A stretch of DNA of 64,000 nt, from contig ML978135.1 of the NCBI GenBank assembly GCA_010015805.1, forward strand, positions 620,001 to 684,000. The letters run 5' to 3'. The translations under genes were made by a program, and so were the position numbers. This document shows positions 1 through 13,646 of this stretch, piece after piece. Every line of letters starts with the position of its first letter. The first letter of the stretch is position 1. The notes under the pieces were generated by a model. That model saw only the letters and a program-made list of their open reading frames with translations, made no database searches and was not told where the DNA came from. Source of the stretch: Rhizodiscina lignyota (lineage: Eukaryota).

Positions 1-2064
1 CAAGGATTGTAGGGTGGACCTCTAGAATTAATTGCTCTCTGCGTGCCTGTCGCTCTTAGTAGGCTAGCTCCTTCCACACCTCTTTGACTTCAATATTGAA
101 GTACTCATTGTCTCGGAATGTGTATAGGCAAGCACATACATATCCGATTTCACACTAATTCTCTGCGGGATTGCTTGTCTTTCTTCTCAAAGGTCAAATC
201 TGACAAAATTGATCAGAGCCTTTTCAAGAAAGTTGCGCTGCATTGTCGCTGACGGAAAAACCGCTCTAAGTTAGATTTGTTGCTACTCTGTCGCTTCGAA
301 ATATGTCTTACAATACGTACAAAATCTGTAAATTTCGGCTGAGTCTGAATTCTTGACACCTTCGATCGATGCCTTGTTTCATACCCAATTGATGAGGAAT
401 AAATATATGGACTGGTTTTGATTTTAGTAGACTCGAGATTGCTTTAGCTCTGCGTATTCCATAGCGGTGTGTAACCATACAGAATTAAAAGATGTTTCAA
501 ATTTAGCAGCTGGCAAGTTTTGTTCTGGACTAAATGATGACCGCTCTTGGCTACATAATACGTATTGCAGAATGCTAATTCACGGCATAACTTTTACGTC
601 GGCGGCCGTCTCTCCTTTGTAGATTTAGAAACAAAGGATGATACATTATTTCGTACTCCATAGTGACCGCAGCAACGCTGCCTGAAGAGTATATTCCGAG
701 GATTCCTTGCATGCCCTCCATCCATTCAGCATGCAAAGCCTACGATCTTGGATAATGGTGCAGTTGCAGTTTTGTAAAATGATGTTGTTCCACAGGGATT
801 GGTCAGCCGATCGTACATAAGCTTCCCGTTTCGACGGGCAAGGCGCCAACAGCATGCACCCCATGATTCCTGTCTTAAGATCTCATCGATGCTTGTTTAC
901 CTCCTATTCATTAATATTACTATTGGCGGTACTTGCGAGTATCCTCAACCTTAGGGTCGGCGACTAGCCGTAACTAACCGCGAAGGTCGAAGCTGAGCGC
1001 GTGCGCTGAGACGAATCATCTATGTAAGAATCGCCTTCGAAAGTCTACCACAAGCCTTGGCGGATTAACCGAGCATCTTATGGTAAGTAAAAGGTGCACG
1101 GCTTCTCGTATATGTAGGTGCTAGCCCTAACAACACTCCAGATCCATCCGGGACTCTAACCCGTGGGCCGTACCTGAGGCTGAAGTGCTCCGGCCCTCCT
1201 GCCGATCAACTCACGTGTCCTAAAATAGTAGAACTACGTGATCTATACTCTGTAGTCTACCTATCGGATGAAGCAATCAAACGAGGAGTGGCGCCAAACG
1301 GATACAACTCCTAATCAGTTTAATCGAGCTCCGCCGATGATCTGATCGTTCGAAGACTTCCCGGAGCACAACAGGTCTGATATCAGATTCCTCCCCTACG
1401 TACCCGCAATTGCGGAAGTTTACCTACGTATAGGTGAACAATAGAGAATGATTATTGTACCTTTTAGATACAGTCTTACAATTGATTTCATACTTCGCGG
1501 GCAGATTGCCCAATCCACGTCTATTTCTTACATAAATCGGAAATATATATAACAAATAGCACGTATTCTACAGCAACTTGAGCCAATGGTTATGCTGGCT
1601 CAACCCTTGACTATCAGGGGAAAATTTTCTTCTTACGAAGCGCGCAAGCCAATGCTTAATGATTAATCCCTTTACCTCATGTCTTACACGGAACACGACT
1701 GGATGTCGCCATGTCGCTTCAGCAGTACAATTCTATTCTCAGCCTCAATGATTTCGTACCTTACTCCCCCAGTACATTTCTGAGACTCCGACTTACCTTG
1801 CGCTGCGAGAATCAATAGTTACAGCGTCAGCTTACACGCCATGAGCTTTGGACCATACGACTGTCTGAGTAGTGGAACTTGCCAAAGAGTCTGGATTATT
1901 AAGGCTATTCTGGATTCACTCGCCACCAGGAGTTGCATATAAAAGGATGGCATTGGACCAATTTATCATACACATCAGCATCCCACAGCAGTTACACACA
2001 TTTGACCCTCATTCCAACTCGAACATCCAGAATCATTCCAAAACCTGATCATCATCTCGCAACA

Positions 2065-2505
2065 ATGTTCGCCAAAAGCTTCCTTGCCGCACTTGTCAGC
2101 TCTGGCTTCGCTGTCACCGCTTTTGCGGGTACAACAACCTGGACTATTTACGAAGGTATGACTGCCTTGATGCGAAGTGTCTTTCCTCTTCAGATATACT
2201 AACATGTCCTCTGTTCAGGTCCGCAGTGCACAGGCAACGTCGTCCAGACTTCCAAGGTCGGAAGCATCAACCAGGCGCACACGCTGGGCGACGGACAGAC
2301 TTTCTTCTCTGTCCGAGTTTCAAACATCGACCAGTCGTTTTTCGGACAGCAGCCTGCGGTCCATGGCATTATTATCAATGTCGAGAATACTAGGGCCTTG
2401 ATCTTCAGCCTGACCAACGACAACCCTCCTTGCCATACGCTTACCAACGCATTCTACTTCGGGCTTGACAACACTAAAGCGGGACTGGGAAATGTCCAGA
2501 CTTAA
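2065..2505 (+). CDS. Small secreted protein (~125 aa, 2 Cys), 2 exons
   Basis: ATG at 2065 begins a signal peptide (MFAKSFLAALVSSGFAVTAFA). Intron 2156-2218 (GTATG...TACTAAC...CAG) joins in frame to GPQCTGNVVQTSKVG...GLGNVQT, ending at TAA 2503-2505. A TATAAAA lies near 1938. Confidence 0.75.
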
Positions 2506-2839
2506 GCACGAGCAGAGTAGCTCACGCGGTGAATGGAAGATTTCTCTCTCGGCTGTCCTCGGCGTTTGTCATTCCTTAAAGCTTTGAAAATTACACAAAA
2601 AGATTAGCTAAATCATAAACATAATTTGGTGTGCTGTCCATCATCCATGACTAATATTTTACATTCTTGGGCACAACTTGGAGCTCTCTGTGACTACAGA
2701 AACTTCGTCGATTGCCGCTAGGGGTGAGACTCAAATCTTGGCTTGCTTCTCAACTCGTACTTGAAAATGTGATTATTCCCATAGTTTTCAGTATCCTCAT
2801 TATATCCAACGCATTGTTCGGGTGCTGACAGCATTTAGA

Positions 2840-4036
2840 TCAAGCGCTCAATACATATCCAACTCCCTTTACAAGGTCTTCCATGAAGGTTATCCTTTTT
2901 TCGAGCGGAGGATATATATGGAAGAAGTGTGGCAGTCCAGGATAATTGACCCTCGCAACTGGCACGCCAATATCCTTCAGCATTGCCTCTGCAATAGTCC
3001 CGTCATCACGTAAAACATCCTTTCCGCCTGTCGCTATCCAAGTAGGTGGGAACTTGTCAAGATTATTCCCAGTCAGAGGGAAGTGTCCTGGGTTATCCGC
3101 GTGGAATCCATATTGATCTACGAAAAGCTGGTCGTAAGCAATCCAAGAAATGAATAGAACACAGGAGGCGACTGACTGAAAATGATGTAGTTAGACTTTG
3201 TATCTAGAAACCTCGCATCAGGGTCGTTTTCTGCTCTTGATTTGTACAGGTGTTGATACGCTTGCGGAACGGTCTCAGGGTGTAATAACAATGGGAAATA
3301 GATGACGCAGCCTTGTATATGGTTGCGAGTAGCAGGGTTGCCAACTAGTCGGTCTGTAACTGCGAAAGAGAGATGGCCTCCTGCGGATCCTCCTGTGACG
3401 AACATCTTTTGAGGATTGCCGCCGAGCTGCTCCGCATGTTGCCAAGCCTGAGCGAGATGTGAGCTTCTTCCTTGATACTGGAGCAGATACCTACTGACCC
3501 AGTCATAGCCAGCAACACAGTCATCGACCATGATATCTGCTGGTGCTGGGACAAGACGGTAGGCGACAGACACCACAATGCAAGGCACGTGATGAGCAAT
3601 GTATCTGCATTGCGGATCCTCCGAATCAAGGTTTCCTGCAACAAAACCTCCGCCATGGAGGAAGACTCCAACAGGAAGGGAACCAGTGGCCTCTGGAGTA
3701 TAGACTCGGGCAGTCACGTTGTCGTTTACCTTTTCGTCCCCTACCGAAAACACGGTCAAGTCAGATGCCGCAGAGGAAGCGCGCTGTATTGAACAAAATG
3801 ATGTATTAGAGCTAACTAGTCTTGACAGATTGAATCTGAGGTTGCCATTGAGCGGCTAGTCGCTTAAATCGTGCATCAATCGGCGGTCTCTTTGTCTCTG
3901 GGTTCGGATCATGGCTTGGAACAGGTCTTCCGAGCTCCTTCTCAACCTGCAATTCTCCATGGCGAATCAGCTCCGGTCATTCGAATGATATTGAATCGCT
4001 TACCTCCAGCCATTCAGGTGCGTAATCTTGAGCCAT
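2840..4036 (-). CDS. HSL-family alpha/beta hydrolase (lipase/esterase, Abhydrolase_3-like), multi-exon
   Basis: Contains the HGGGF oxyanion motif, the GGSAGG nucleophile elbow, and C-terminal RDD and GLPH motifs. Starts MAQDYAPEWLE and ends GVGYVLSA*. Internal exon limits are approximate. Confidence 0.85.
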
Positions 4037-5456
4037 TGGAAAACTTGAAGTGTTCTGGATGAGATACCAACGCAGGTTAAGCGAAATGGATGACCTTTAG
4101 AAGTAAAACCGAGGATGTATGTATCCTACCATACGTAATCCGGATGTCTCCTCCTGCTTAAAGGCCGTAAAGACCCCATATCCGAGACGTTGATCGGTAC
4201 TGATACGAGAAATGTCTATAATTCTTCCGTGAGCCAGACCATTCGTTGACGTCGGAGTTGTGGTGTAAATGGACTAGCTACTGCTCTATGTACTCGGCAG
4301 TTAGGGGGCCCAGATCTCATCCGAGTTGCGCTCGCGCGAATAGATCAAGGATGCGCATCCTGCATTTTCATATTCCTATCCATCAGCTGTTTCAAACTGA
4401 GACTATCAGACGTCACTTGGAGGCTTGGAGTGGCACTGTAGGAAGTGCCTGCGGCTGTGCAATCTAATAGGTAGATGGATGGATCATGGATGGATGGCAG
4501 AGGAGCGGAGCCCCGGGGCGCACTAGGATAGTCTTAGGATAGACTAAAGAGGCTAGAGGCTGAATCTCCACGAATTCGGTAGACCCACTTTTCCAGGCGC
4601 CCTGAAAGTCTCCGTTTTTGGATAACCTCACCCCCACTCTCTACTTCATCAACCTGATCTACCACTCAGCATAGCGATAAAATGGGCCTGTTCTGCGATC
4701 TTCTTCTCCGTCTTCCAAATTCGTAAATCATAATGCGATGTAGCACTTCAGCCGTCGGAGTATGTACGGGTGTCTTTCCCCACGCGTGACAAGGCTGGCG
4801 TCCCGCTTCTTCAGGTATCAGGCTTTATCGCGGAGGGGCACTTGGTAGATCGCACTTTTTGGCGCTAAGCATAAGGCGCATCTCGGGCGTTTAGCATGCA
4901 TGATCCTTCGCGAACGCCTTTATCATTTGGAACCACGAGCCGCTCTGTCGCGGAGCTAGCCGCGGGCCCGAGGTAGTTTCACTGTCTCTTCAAGAATCCA
5001 TCTCTGTTCTTGTTAATAATTCTTCTGTTTATCTTTTTTCTTTTGTTCAGGTGGTGAATGTCGACAGTTCAATCGGCGACTTGAAGCCTCCAATAAGGCT
5101 TGGTGAAGCGGCGTTGGATTCTTCAGCCCGCCTCGCGAATGTTCGATGTCTAAATTTGGCCCCCATTTGAACCGAAGGATCGCAAGCAACGACGGCTCTA
5201 GAAGACTTGCGCTAAGAGCCGCGAATAGCTGAACGAATTTCGACGTCCCGCTGCGCCTCCAACACTGGCGTCCATTATATTTACGCACGCTTTAATGAAT
5301 GCACATGACTCGTGGAGATGGGAATTCTGCCTACCGGGAAATCCCATGCAATGGCAGTACAGCACCATATAACGTAGCTCCTTGCTCCTACATCCAGCGG
5401 TGTGGCTGCACTGTGTAACCGTACGCTTTCATTTTCCTTCTGGAAATATCGTCAAG

Positions 5457-6191
5457 ATGCTGTTATATCTTACGCTTCTTCTTACTGCTTCCGCTTCAGC
5501 AATTCCCCTCGCTTCTCGGGCTCAACCAGTGACGCCCAATCCAACCTTTTCAGAAGAGACATTCCAGAAGCTACTGGATGCTCCCACAGCTGCTGATCGG
5601 TTCACCCTCATCCAGTCCATGGGAGTTCCGACAAAGTTTGACTTCAATCCCGATGCAAATCCCAATGGTGGCGTGGGGAGCGGCCCTGGCGGAATCGGTA
5701 TCCTCGCAAACCAAAAGACCTTCCTTCCGTTAATCGGCTTGGGTGTCGCAATGAGCGCCGGCTTCCTGAACCCTTGCGGCATGAATGTGCCACACACACA
5801 TAGCCGCGCGACGGAGTTCTTGACTATTGTCGAGGGTGGTAACGTAACGACAGGCTTTTACATGGAGAACGACGGGCCACCGGCATTCAACAATACGCTG
5901 AACAAATATCAGGGAGCTATCCTTCCAATGGGGTCGTTCCACTTTGAGTTCAACGACAACTGTGAGCCGGCTGTCTTTATAGCCGCATTTAGTCACGAGG
6001 ACCCTGGACTGAGCAACATCGGCGCGAACCTGTTCAAATTGAGGCCAGATGTGGTTGCCGCTATCTTGGATTACCCGACTGCTGTGGACGCGAGTAACAT
6101 CAACAAGTTGAAGCACACTTTACCGCCTGAATTCATTGACAACGTCGCGTCGTGTCTAAATCGATGTGGGATAAAACCATCCTCCAGTTAA
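5457..6191 (+). CDS. Secreted cupin (spherulin/germin-like)
   Basis: Signal peptide MLLYLTLLLTASASA, germin box PCGMNVPHTHSRATE and second motif GSFHFEFN. Intronless. Confidence 0.85.
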   Translation: MLLYLTLLLTASASAIPLASRAQPVTPNPTFSEETFQKLLDAPTAADRFTLIQSMGVPTKFDFNPDANPNGGVGSGPGGIGILANQKTFLPLIGLGVAMSAGFLNPCGMNVPHTHSRATEFLTIVEGGNVTTGFYMENDGPPAFNNTLNKYQGAILPMGSFHFEFNDNCEPAVFIAAFSHEDPGLSNIGANLFKLRPDVVAAILDYPTAVDASNINKLKHTLPPEFIDNVASCLNRCGIKPSSS

Positions 6192-7045
6192 ATTATGTGT
6201 ATATGTCTACGGCCTGTAATTGTATTATGTAAATGGGTATTGAGATAAAGGAGTCTCTTTTTCCTCATAACGATCTTCTTGTTCGGAGACATACGCTATG
6301 GTGACGTCCAATACACCAAACTGCTATTGGTGAATAAGGAGCAACTCTCAAACTCTAATGGCAGCGGCAAGAGGAATTTGATAACCACTTAATTCCATGA
6401 AACAACTTCTTAGTTTTTCTATGCATTGGCTCGGGGCATCTCGGGCCGACTAGGCCTCTTGGCGATCGAGTTTGCTCATTCTGCAAACTCGCCCGCATCC
6501 TTGCCCTTATCGCTCGTCACGCCTATCGACTACTCCGTATTTGAAGAGAACGTCCGAGCAGCTGCTTCCACAAGCTTTCGGAAAGTATTCATTGGTTCCT
6601 TGTTCAGTTTCATATTTCGCAGCAGATTGTTGGTCAGGTGCTCAACATTCTCAATCTATGTGTCAATGCTCCTCACGATTGATCCCGCTACTAACCGCCA
6701 TGAACGCACTACACCATAACTACTGACTGGAAAAGGTACCTTGATACAATCCTCATACGCGCCTCACACACTCCGAGAGAAGCCATCAAAGGAAAGTTGA
6801 TTGTGCTTCAACTGGCGCCGAAGTTCAATCTCCCGTTTCGACGGTTCTGGACCAACGAGTCGTGGGTGCCATGACTTTTTCGGGAATGCAATGGCGAGTA
6901 TCATGAAAAGAGACAGACCGGAAAGCTACGACTTGCGGCGGCTCGAAATGATGGACCCGCAAGAGGGACACGTATCACTCCTGATTGTCAGACACAAATC
7001 AGGTTAAGGTTTCCCTTACGCTCCATTACGTTAAAAGGAGGGCAT

Positions 7046-7099
7046 GGCCGGAATTCTGTTGTTTTGAGGCCGGAAGGGTTCCGGCCAATCTGTATAAAA
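7046..7099 (+). promoter_or_regulatory. Inverted repeat GGCCGGAA-GGG-TTCCGGCC (CGG-N7-CCG) with extra half-site, CCAAT and TATA box upstream of IDO
   Basis: Perfect 8-bp inverted repeat at 7068-7086 and a direct copy GGCCGGAA at 7046-7053. CCAAT at 7085 and TATAAAA at 7093. Confidence 0.5.
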
Positions 7100-7218
7100 G
7101 TGATGTATTCTTACCAAAGCCGTGCCTTTTGATATCCAATCCGCACCTTACTAAATTTGGAATAAGTCTCTATACTATTCTCTTTTTCAATTTCAATTCA
7201 AACCCATCCTCTACGACG

Positions 7219-8838
7219 ATGTCTGCAGTCTCTCTCAAGTTCAACGTTCTGACGGACACGTCCCCCGATGATGTCACTCTCCCAGCCTTCATGGTCTCTA
7301 CCTCTCGAGGGTTTTTACCACGTCAAGATCCAGTGGTAACACTGCCTTCGGAGTTCGATGTGTTCGAGTCAATCTTGAACCGCATGCCGATTAAGACTGC
7401 GTCGGGCGAGCCAGGCCTCCTCGCTCAAGGAACACTCGGCGATGTAGTCCTCAAAGAGCTCCCCGATCTCTCGCAGGCTATTGAAGCTCACCGCGACAAC
7501 CTTCCATTGATGAACGCGCTGTACAGGGACTATTCTTTTCTCGCGTCGGCATATCTGCTTGAGCCTTGCCATCAACAATACCTCAAAGATGGAACATACG
7601 GTCTTGCAAGGGACCGACTGCCCAGAAACATCGCACTGCCCATCACTAAAGTCGCAGAAATGTAAGCGAACACAGCCCTTGATATATCTTTATGTCGCTC
7701 ACTTAACTACTTAGCACCGGCTTCAAGCCTTTCATGGAGTACGCCGGTTCGTACGCTCTCTTCAATTACCGCCTCGTAGATCAATCAAAAGGCTTGGAAT
7801 ATGACAATCTTCGTCTCATCCGGGCCTTTGAACATGGCCTCGATCCTCAATCTTCTGAAGCCGGCTTTGTGCTTGTCCACATCGCCATGGTACGGCATTC
7901 AGGCGCACTCGTCACTGCCACACGTGATGTTCTCAATGCATGCACTGCTCGGGATCGAGAATCATTCAATCAAGGGCTGGATGATTTGGTCGCTGCACTA
8001 AAAGAGATCAACAAGACTATGAACAGTACGTTTTGGTCTGCTTATTGAACAAAACAACTCCCGTGATGATAACGAACGACAGCTATGTGGACCAAGAGCA
8101 AACCGACCAGCTACACACAATTCCGAACGTTCATTTTCGGCATCGCGAAGCAGAGCATGTTTCCTCATGGTGTTGTATACGAGGGCGTCAGCGAAGAACC
8201 AATGTCCTTCCGCGGCGAGTCTGGTGCAAACGATAGCATGGTAAGTGGCTTCACAACCGAAGCATTATGAATGCTGCCCCATCACATCCCCATTGATCAG
8301 TTGTTGACAAATCTGATAGATCCCCCTCTGCGACAATCTCCTCGAAATCTCGATGCCGAATACGCCTCTGACCGAAATTCTCAAGGATTTCCGATCATAT
8401 CGGCCTGGCAACCACCGCGAGTTCCTCGAGGCTGTCAAAGAGTGTTCGCAAGCAAACCACCTGAAAGACTACGCTCTCCAGGACAGCATTTCCGCAGCAC
8501 TCTATTTGCGTGCGCTGGACCAGGTTCGAGACTTCCGCTGGAGGCATTGGTGCTTCACGAGGGAGTATATCTTGAAGAATACTCGTCATCCGACTGCAAC
8601 CGGAGGTAGTCCCATTGTCATGGTGAGTTATTGTCTCTAACTTCTTATACAATGAGATGCTCACGTATCATCATAGTGGTTGCCAAATCAGTTGCAAGCG
8701 GTACTTGACCAGATGATGCAAGTCTCGCAAAAGTGTGAGAAGATCTCCGGGACAAGCGACATCATGGACGTCGTCGCCTCTCAGCATGCAACTTTGACAA
8801 AGGAAGTCGAGCGATACAGTGCCCAGGTCGGGGCATGA
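7219..8838 (+). CDS. Indoleamine 2,3-dioxygenase family protein (IDO-gamma/IdoC-like), 5 exons
   Basis: Motifs RGFLP, EAGFVLVH, FRTFIFG, FRGESGANDS, FRWRHW and TATGGSP. Introns begin near 7662, 8027, 8241 and 8623. Stop TGA at 8836-8838. Confidence 0.9.
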
Positions 8839-9031
8839 GCCGAATTAACAGTTATAACGGTTCGAGTATTGGATGTGTCTAAGTGCAACGGCCTTTTATT
8901 CTCGCTCAAACTGTACTAGATTTGAGTGTCGGGATCCTAATCAGAGCTGTCTCTGGTATTGAATAACATTTATTGCTTATGCGAAGTTAGAAATATCTAA
9001 CCGATGCCGGCTTGACATCAAATGTGCTAGT

Positions 9032-10880
9032 TCAGCTACACTTGCTCCCAGATTCTTCCACCAAAACCATCTCTCCTTTACCTTTCTCATTATTCTCCGC
9101 CTTCCGTGCTTCCTCGACCTCATCGCCAGTGGAGAGAAAGATTGGGGCCTTTCCAACCTTATTCCGAGTTTTGAAATCCTCATTGAAGATATAGTCAATC
9201 TCTTCGAGCCGCTTCCGGGAAGTTTCCGGGAAGCAGAAATAAACGATGACTATGAACCCCACATTGAAGATACCAAACATGAGATAAAGGCGCCATCCCA
9301 GGTTCTGTATCGCCGGAGGAGTGAACTCTGCCACGGCAAAGCAAGAGATCCATATCGCAAACGTAGCAATCGCCGCGCCCTTGGATCGGAGCCTCAAAGT
9401 CGTAATTTCGGTTGGGTACAGCCATGGTATCGGCAACCAGGTGGGCCCGAAAAACGTATTGAAGAGAAAGAGCATCGCTGCCGCGACTCCGGCTGCACCC
9501 TTGCTGTTCGAGCCCTCGTCGAGGATTTTGACCAACCCGCAGAGAATGAAGAGACTGGCCGCCTGGCCGGCAGCGCCGATCATGAGAAGATTGCGACGTC
9601 CAAAGTGGTCAATTGTGAAGCACGCCAGAATCGTTGCCACCATGTACTCCAGGCCATTGAAGCCTGCCATCAAGCGTGAGAGATCCGGCGAAAGATGAAT
9701 CGACGTATTGAAGACGATTGTGAGGTAGTAGGATATCACATTTATCCCAGACAGCTGTTGACCGAGGCCGACTACGGCGCACAACAGGATGCGATATAAG
9801 TTCTTGGATTCGCCGACGCTGAATAATTCTGAGATTGCGAATTTCTTGCCAATTTCGAGTTCGAGGTCGATGGTTTCTTGGATCAGGCGGCTTTCCGCAA
9901 CAACGGCAGGATCATCGATCTCAAGTCCTTTTCGCCCAATCGTGTTAGCAAGAACTTTGGTCGCCTGGTCTTTGTCTCCGTGAAACATGAGCCATCGCGG
10001 AGATTCCGGCAGAAATGGAAGCATGAAAAGAACTCCCAGGGCGAAGAATATCTAGTTCCGGGTTTAGTCACAATTTTAGAGCCTGACACTTGTTTCAAAA
10101 ATACCTGAAATGCGATTGGGAAACGAAAGGAGGCGCTCGAGTCAAGGAATGAAGTCCCGTAGCCGATCCAGTATGCCTAGAGATATTCCCGTCAGCTTCA
10201 TTGTAGCTCAATTTCGCCATCCAAAAAGTACTTACAACAGCAAGACCAAAAATATTGAGCACAAATCCAACGGAAACATCGCGACCACGAGAGACAGGCC
10301 TTGTCAGTTCTCCTTGCCAGACTGGTATGGTGGAGGTGTTGATTCCATTGCCGACACCCGTGATGATTCGGCCTGCAATGAGCTGCGGAACGTTATACGA
10401 TGTCGTTTGTATGAGTGCACCAACGATCATTATACTCTAAATAAATAGTCAGTCGGAGATATCCTGATCTCTCGTTCGTCAAAGGCGACTTACGCAGCCC
10501 AAATACATCGCCCTTTTACGACCGAGGCGCTCACCCAGAGGCATGACGGATAGCGCTCCAACAGCACATCCAATCTAATAAAACAATCAGAACATGTTTG
10601 TAACAACGTTTCAATATACTGACCTCGTAGAGGGCCACGATATTTGCCACAACAGCGGCTTTCGAGGACCCATCGGCGTTAACTAGTTTGTACTGAGACA
10701 CAAACTGCTCCATCAAGAGAAGGCCACTGAGAACGCCTTGGTCCTGGATTGTATCGTCAGTCTTTATCTGCAAGCGCAATCCATTCATTTCGTCAAGAGA
10801 CGTACATATCCGAAGAGAGCATACCCAAATCCTGCGCAGGTCATCACCGCGGCGCGGAGATATCGACCTTCAAGCCTCAT
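9032..10880 (-). CDS. MFS sugar porter (STL1-like sugar/polyol transporter), multi-exon
   Basis: FGY/DQG N-terminus, PESPRWL, QQLSGIN, DHFGRR, WLYPTEI and PETS motifs. Starts MRLEGRYL. Confidence 0.9.
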
Positions 10881-11519
10881 GGTGAGACAATTCTTATCGA
10901 AAAACAATGAAAGATGATGAATACAAAAGATTGAGATGAGCCAATTGAAAAAGTGTCATGGCTCCAATTTTCTCGAGGCATCTCGACGAATTTATATCGA
11001 CTTTGTGGATTGGCATTGGCCTCTCTTTGGACTTGGGCTTCCCCGGATTTCTGCACGAGATCCCCGTGGTAACACTCCGCACTTCGGCGTCCCTTACCTT
11101 GCGCGTATTTTCAAATATGCTTTCTGCTCAGTTTGCTGGTAACGATTTTCATGCCGCTGCTTCGGCAGGAAAGAGTCATGTTAGCTTCTCTTTCGCCTGC
11201 CTTTCTGGGAGACTGTTCGCTCATCGGAACGCCATAGCCGACCTCGGGAGAGCCCGTGGGGTTAAGGCAACGTTGATGCTCACGAGATCATTTAAATGAT
11301 CTAACTTCACAAAGCCACAATTCAAGCGAATACATCGAAGACTGGAAATTTGACACGAGATTGGTTTGACTAAGCTTCTACGTGTAGCGAGGCAATATGA
11401 TTCCTCTTTCTCGACCCAGAGTCTGAATCAAGTGCCTAAAAATTACAGACAGAGGTATCTTTCTAAACTATGTTTGATGCTCTTATGGTGTAAATGCAAT
11501 AGTCGACGTACAATATGGT

Positions 11520-13646
11520 CTAGACTCTAGATCCTTCTGGGAGGAAGCTGCCCGTGCCCAAACTTCTCTCAGTCGGTGCTCTGTACTTACTGAAGGATGG
11601 CCTGTCGTCGATTGAGCCATGCGAAGCAGACGAATCGTCTCGTCCTGTTCTAACTTGTCCGTAAAGTACACACCAGAGACATTCATCTGTACGTGTTAGC
11701 ACCGGTTGGTCCATTCAGCATATCAGTATTGAGAATACCATATGGCAGGCAATTATGAGTGCTTGCGCTATTGGATTGGTGATAATGATCCCGCAAATTG
11801 CTCGAGCATGCAATAAGATCTCGCTTCGCACATCTAGGGGATAGCCAGAAAATGTTGCACTGTTGGGCTTTGAAATTGAGCCCGGTCCATACGCTTTGAG
11901 CAACACCTTCGACGTATGGTAATATAACAAAGCAACGACTATTTCATGTCAGGATTGAGCACCGATGCTGCCAATTGAGTGGAAATTACCATGACAATCA
12001 GAAGTGAGCCATATCTCTGGGAAAATTCGCTTCTGGCTGGGATCCCGTTCCCGTTCACAAAATGGCTTGAATGATTGCGGTCGCTCCCAGCTCCATCTCT
12101 CCACGTTAATCCAAAGCTCCGTCCACGTATCGAATGTTCTTGGTCCTTGTTGGAAGCAGTAGTTGATGACATCACAAAGCAGGCCGACCATGCGGTTCCC
12201 CCATGCACAGTCGAGAGCAGCTTGGCCGGCAGAGTTTTCTAGATTAAGCAGGATATCGTCCTTCCGCAGATATGGAGAGTAATCAGTGCGAATCGGGCAC
12301 TGAAGAAATAGAGCGACATGAATGTCCTGTCGAAGATGAACCCAGAAAGACGCGCACTTCAGGGCTTCCTCCTTTGTCGACAGTTCTGAAGGGTCGGCAG
12401 TGAACGCGAGAGAGGCTGTGAAGAGAGTTTCGGCTTGTTTTTCCCTGAGATCGTCTGGGAGGAGGGCGTTGAGTCAGTTTTTCCAATTAATTCACCATCC
12501 GGGCTGCTACTTACCAACCATATGAGCATACCCTCGCAGCAGAACATAGGTAGCAAAAAGAGCTTCTTCATTGGCTGCAGTTCTGTCGTGGCTCAATAAT
12601 AAAGGGACAAGGGCACTGGAACAACGTGAACGGTAATATTCGGCAGCTGCGAAAGGATAATCGGACACTCTACTTAATTGGAGAGCTGAGATTGCCATCA
12701 TTGCATCGATCAGAGGAGCAAATTTTGTTAACGCGACCTGTAGGACATTGTTTGAGAAGTGCCGCTCGTAATCCATACAGTCGAAGATTGGTCCCCACGT
12801 CTGAGTGAAAAATTTGAGCAGATGTGCCTCTCGAGGTTGCAGATTTGGATGGGGTCCGCCGGTCGCCGCAGTAGCACCATGTGCGGTAGACTGCGCATGT
12901 CCAGCAGCTCTATCCTCATTTCGTGTTGCAGTCTCTGTATGTTGGCCCAACCATATAGGCTGTGCGTTAAGAGCTGAAGAGAGATTGGCGCCGGAGTCTG
13001 AGCTGCTCGTCTGCTCTTGATCATGCCCCGGATTGTACTGTGTGGATCTTTCGTCCCACTGATGTTGTGGCTCAATAACCCCAAGGTCAGAGAAATTGAA
13101 AACGTTTGCAGCGAGAGGAAGTCCGAAAATCGAGGGCGGGTTAGTGAATGAGAATCCGTCCGGTACATCACCATACGATGTGCCTGGAATTACGACTGTC
13201 TGACTCTGAGTTGTCGTCGGAGAAGTGATCGATACGTCATCATCTCCATGGATAGTTACTCCTGGCTCATTGCTATGATGCGTTTGAAGCTGCGGAGAAT
13301 GCGTATGATACTCCTGAATGACAGCGTCCGTTTCGTCAATGAACTTGTCGGACGTGAGCACATCGGCGTTAGCGACGGTCGCACCAGGCACGGTCTCTGA
13401 ATCTAACACTAGGCTTTGTCCCACCGTGGATCTTCGTTGAGCTTCTCTATTGGAGGAATTAGAAGCCGATGCTTCGTGCTTTGAGCTTATCGCAGGGCCA
13501 GTAAAGTTACGAAATCCGATATTAAGGCCATGCGCGCAAACGAGGTTTGCCTTCTGACAGCGAAGACACACCGGGAGGTGCTCATCGCATCGAATATGGC
13601 GCTTCCTGCACGTTAGACATGCACTCTTAGACCGAAGCCTCCCCAT
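11520..13646 (-). CDS. Zn(II)2Cys6 transcription factor with fungal-specific C-terminal domain
   Basis: CLTCRKRHIRCDEHLPVCLRCQKANLVC, followed by EAHLLKFF...IFD and LIDAMMAISA. Several 3' exons fall between 11520 and 12450. Confidence 0.88.

Noticed and set aside
1..1900. Gene-free, locally TpA-rich region suggesting a RIP-degraded transposon
   Set aside because: No terminal repeats or transposase/RT motifs are recognisable. RIP indices and a repeat library search would be needed.
4475..4498. (GATG)n-like short microsatellite
   Set aside because: It is short and imperfect, with no evident function.
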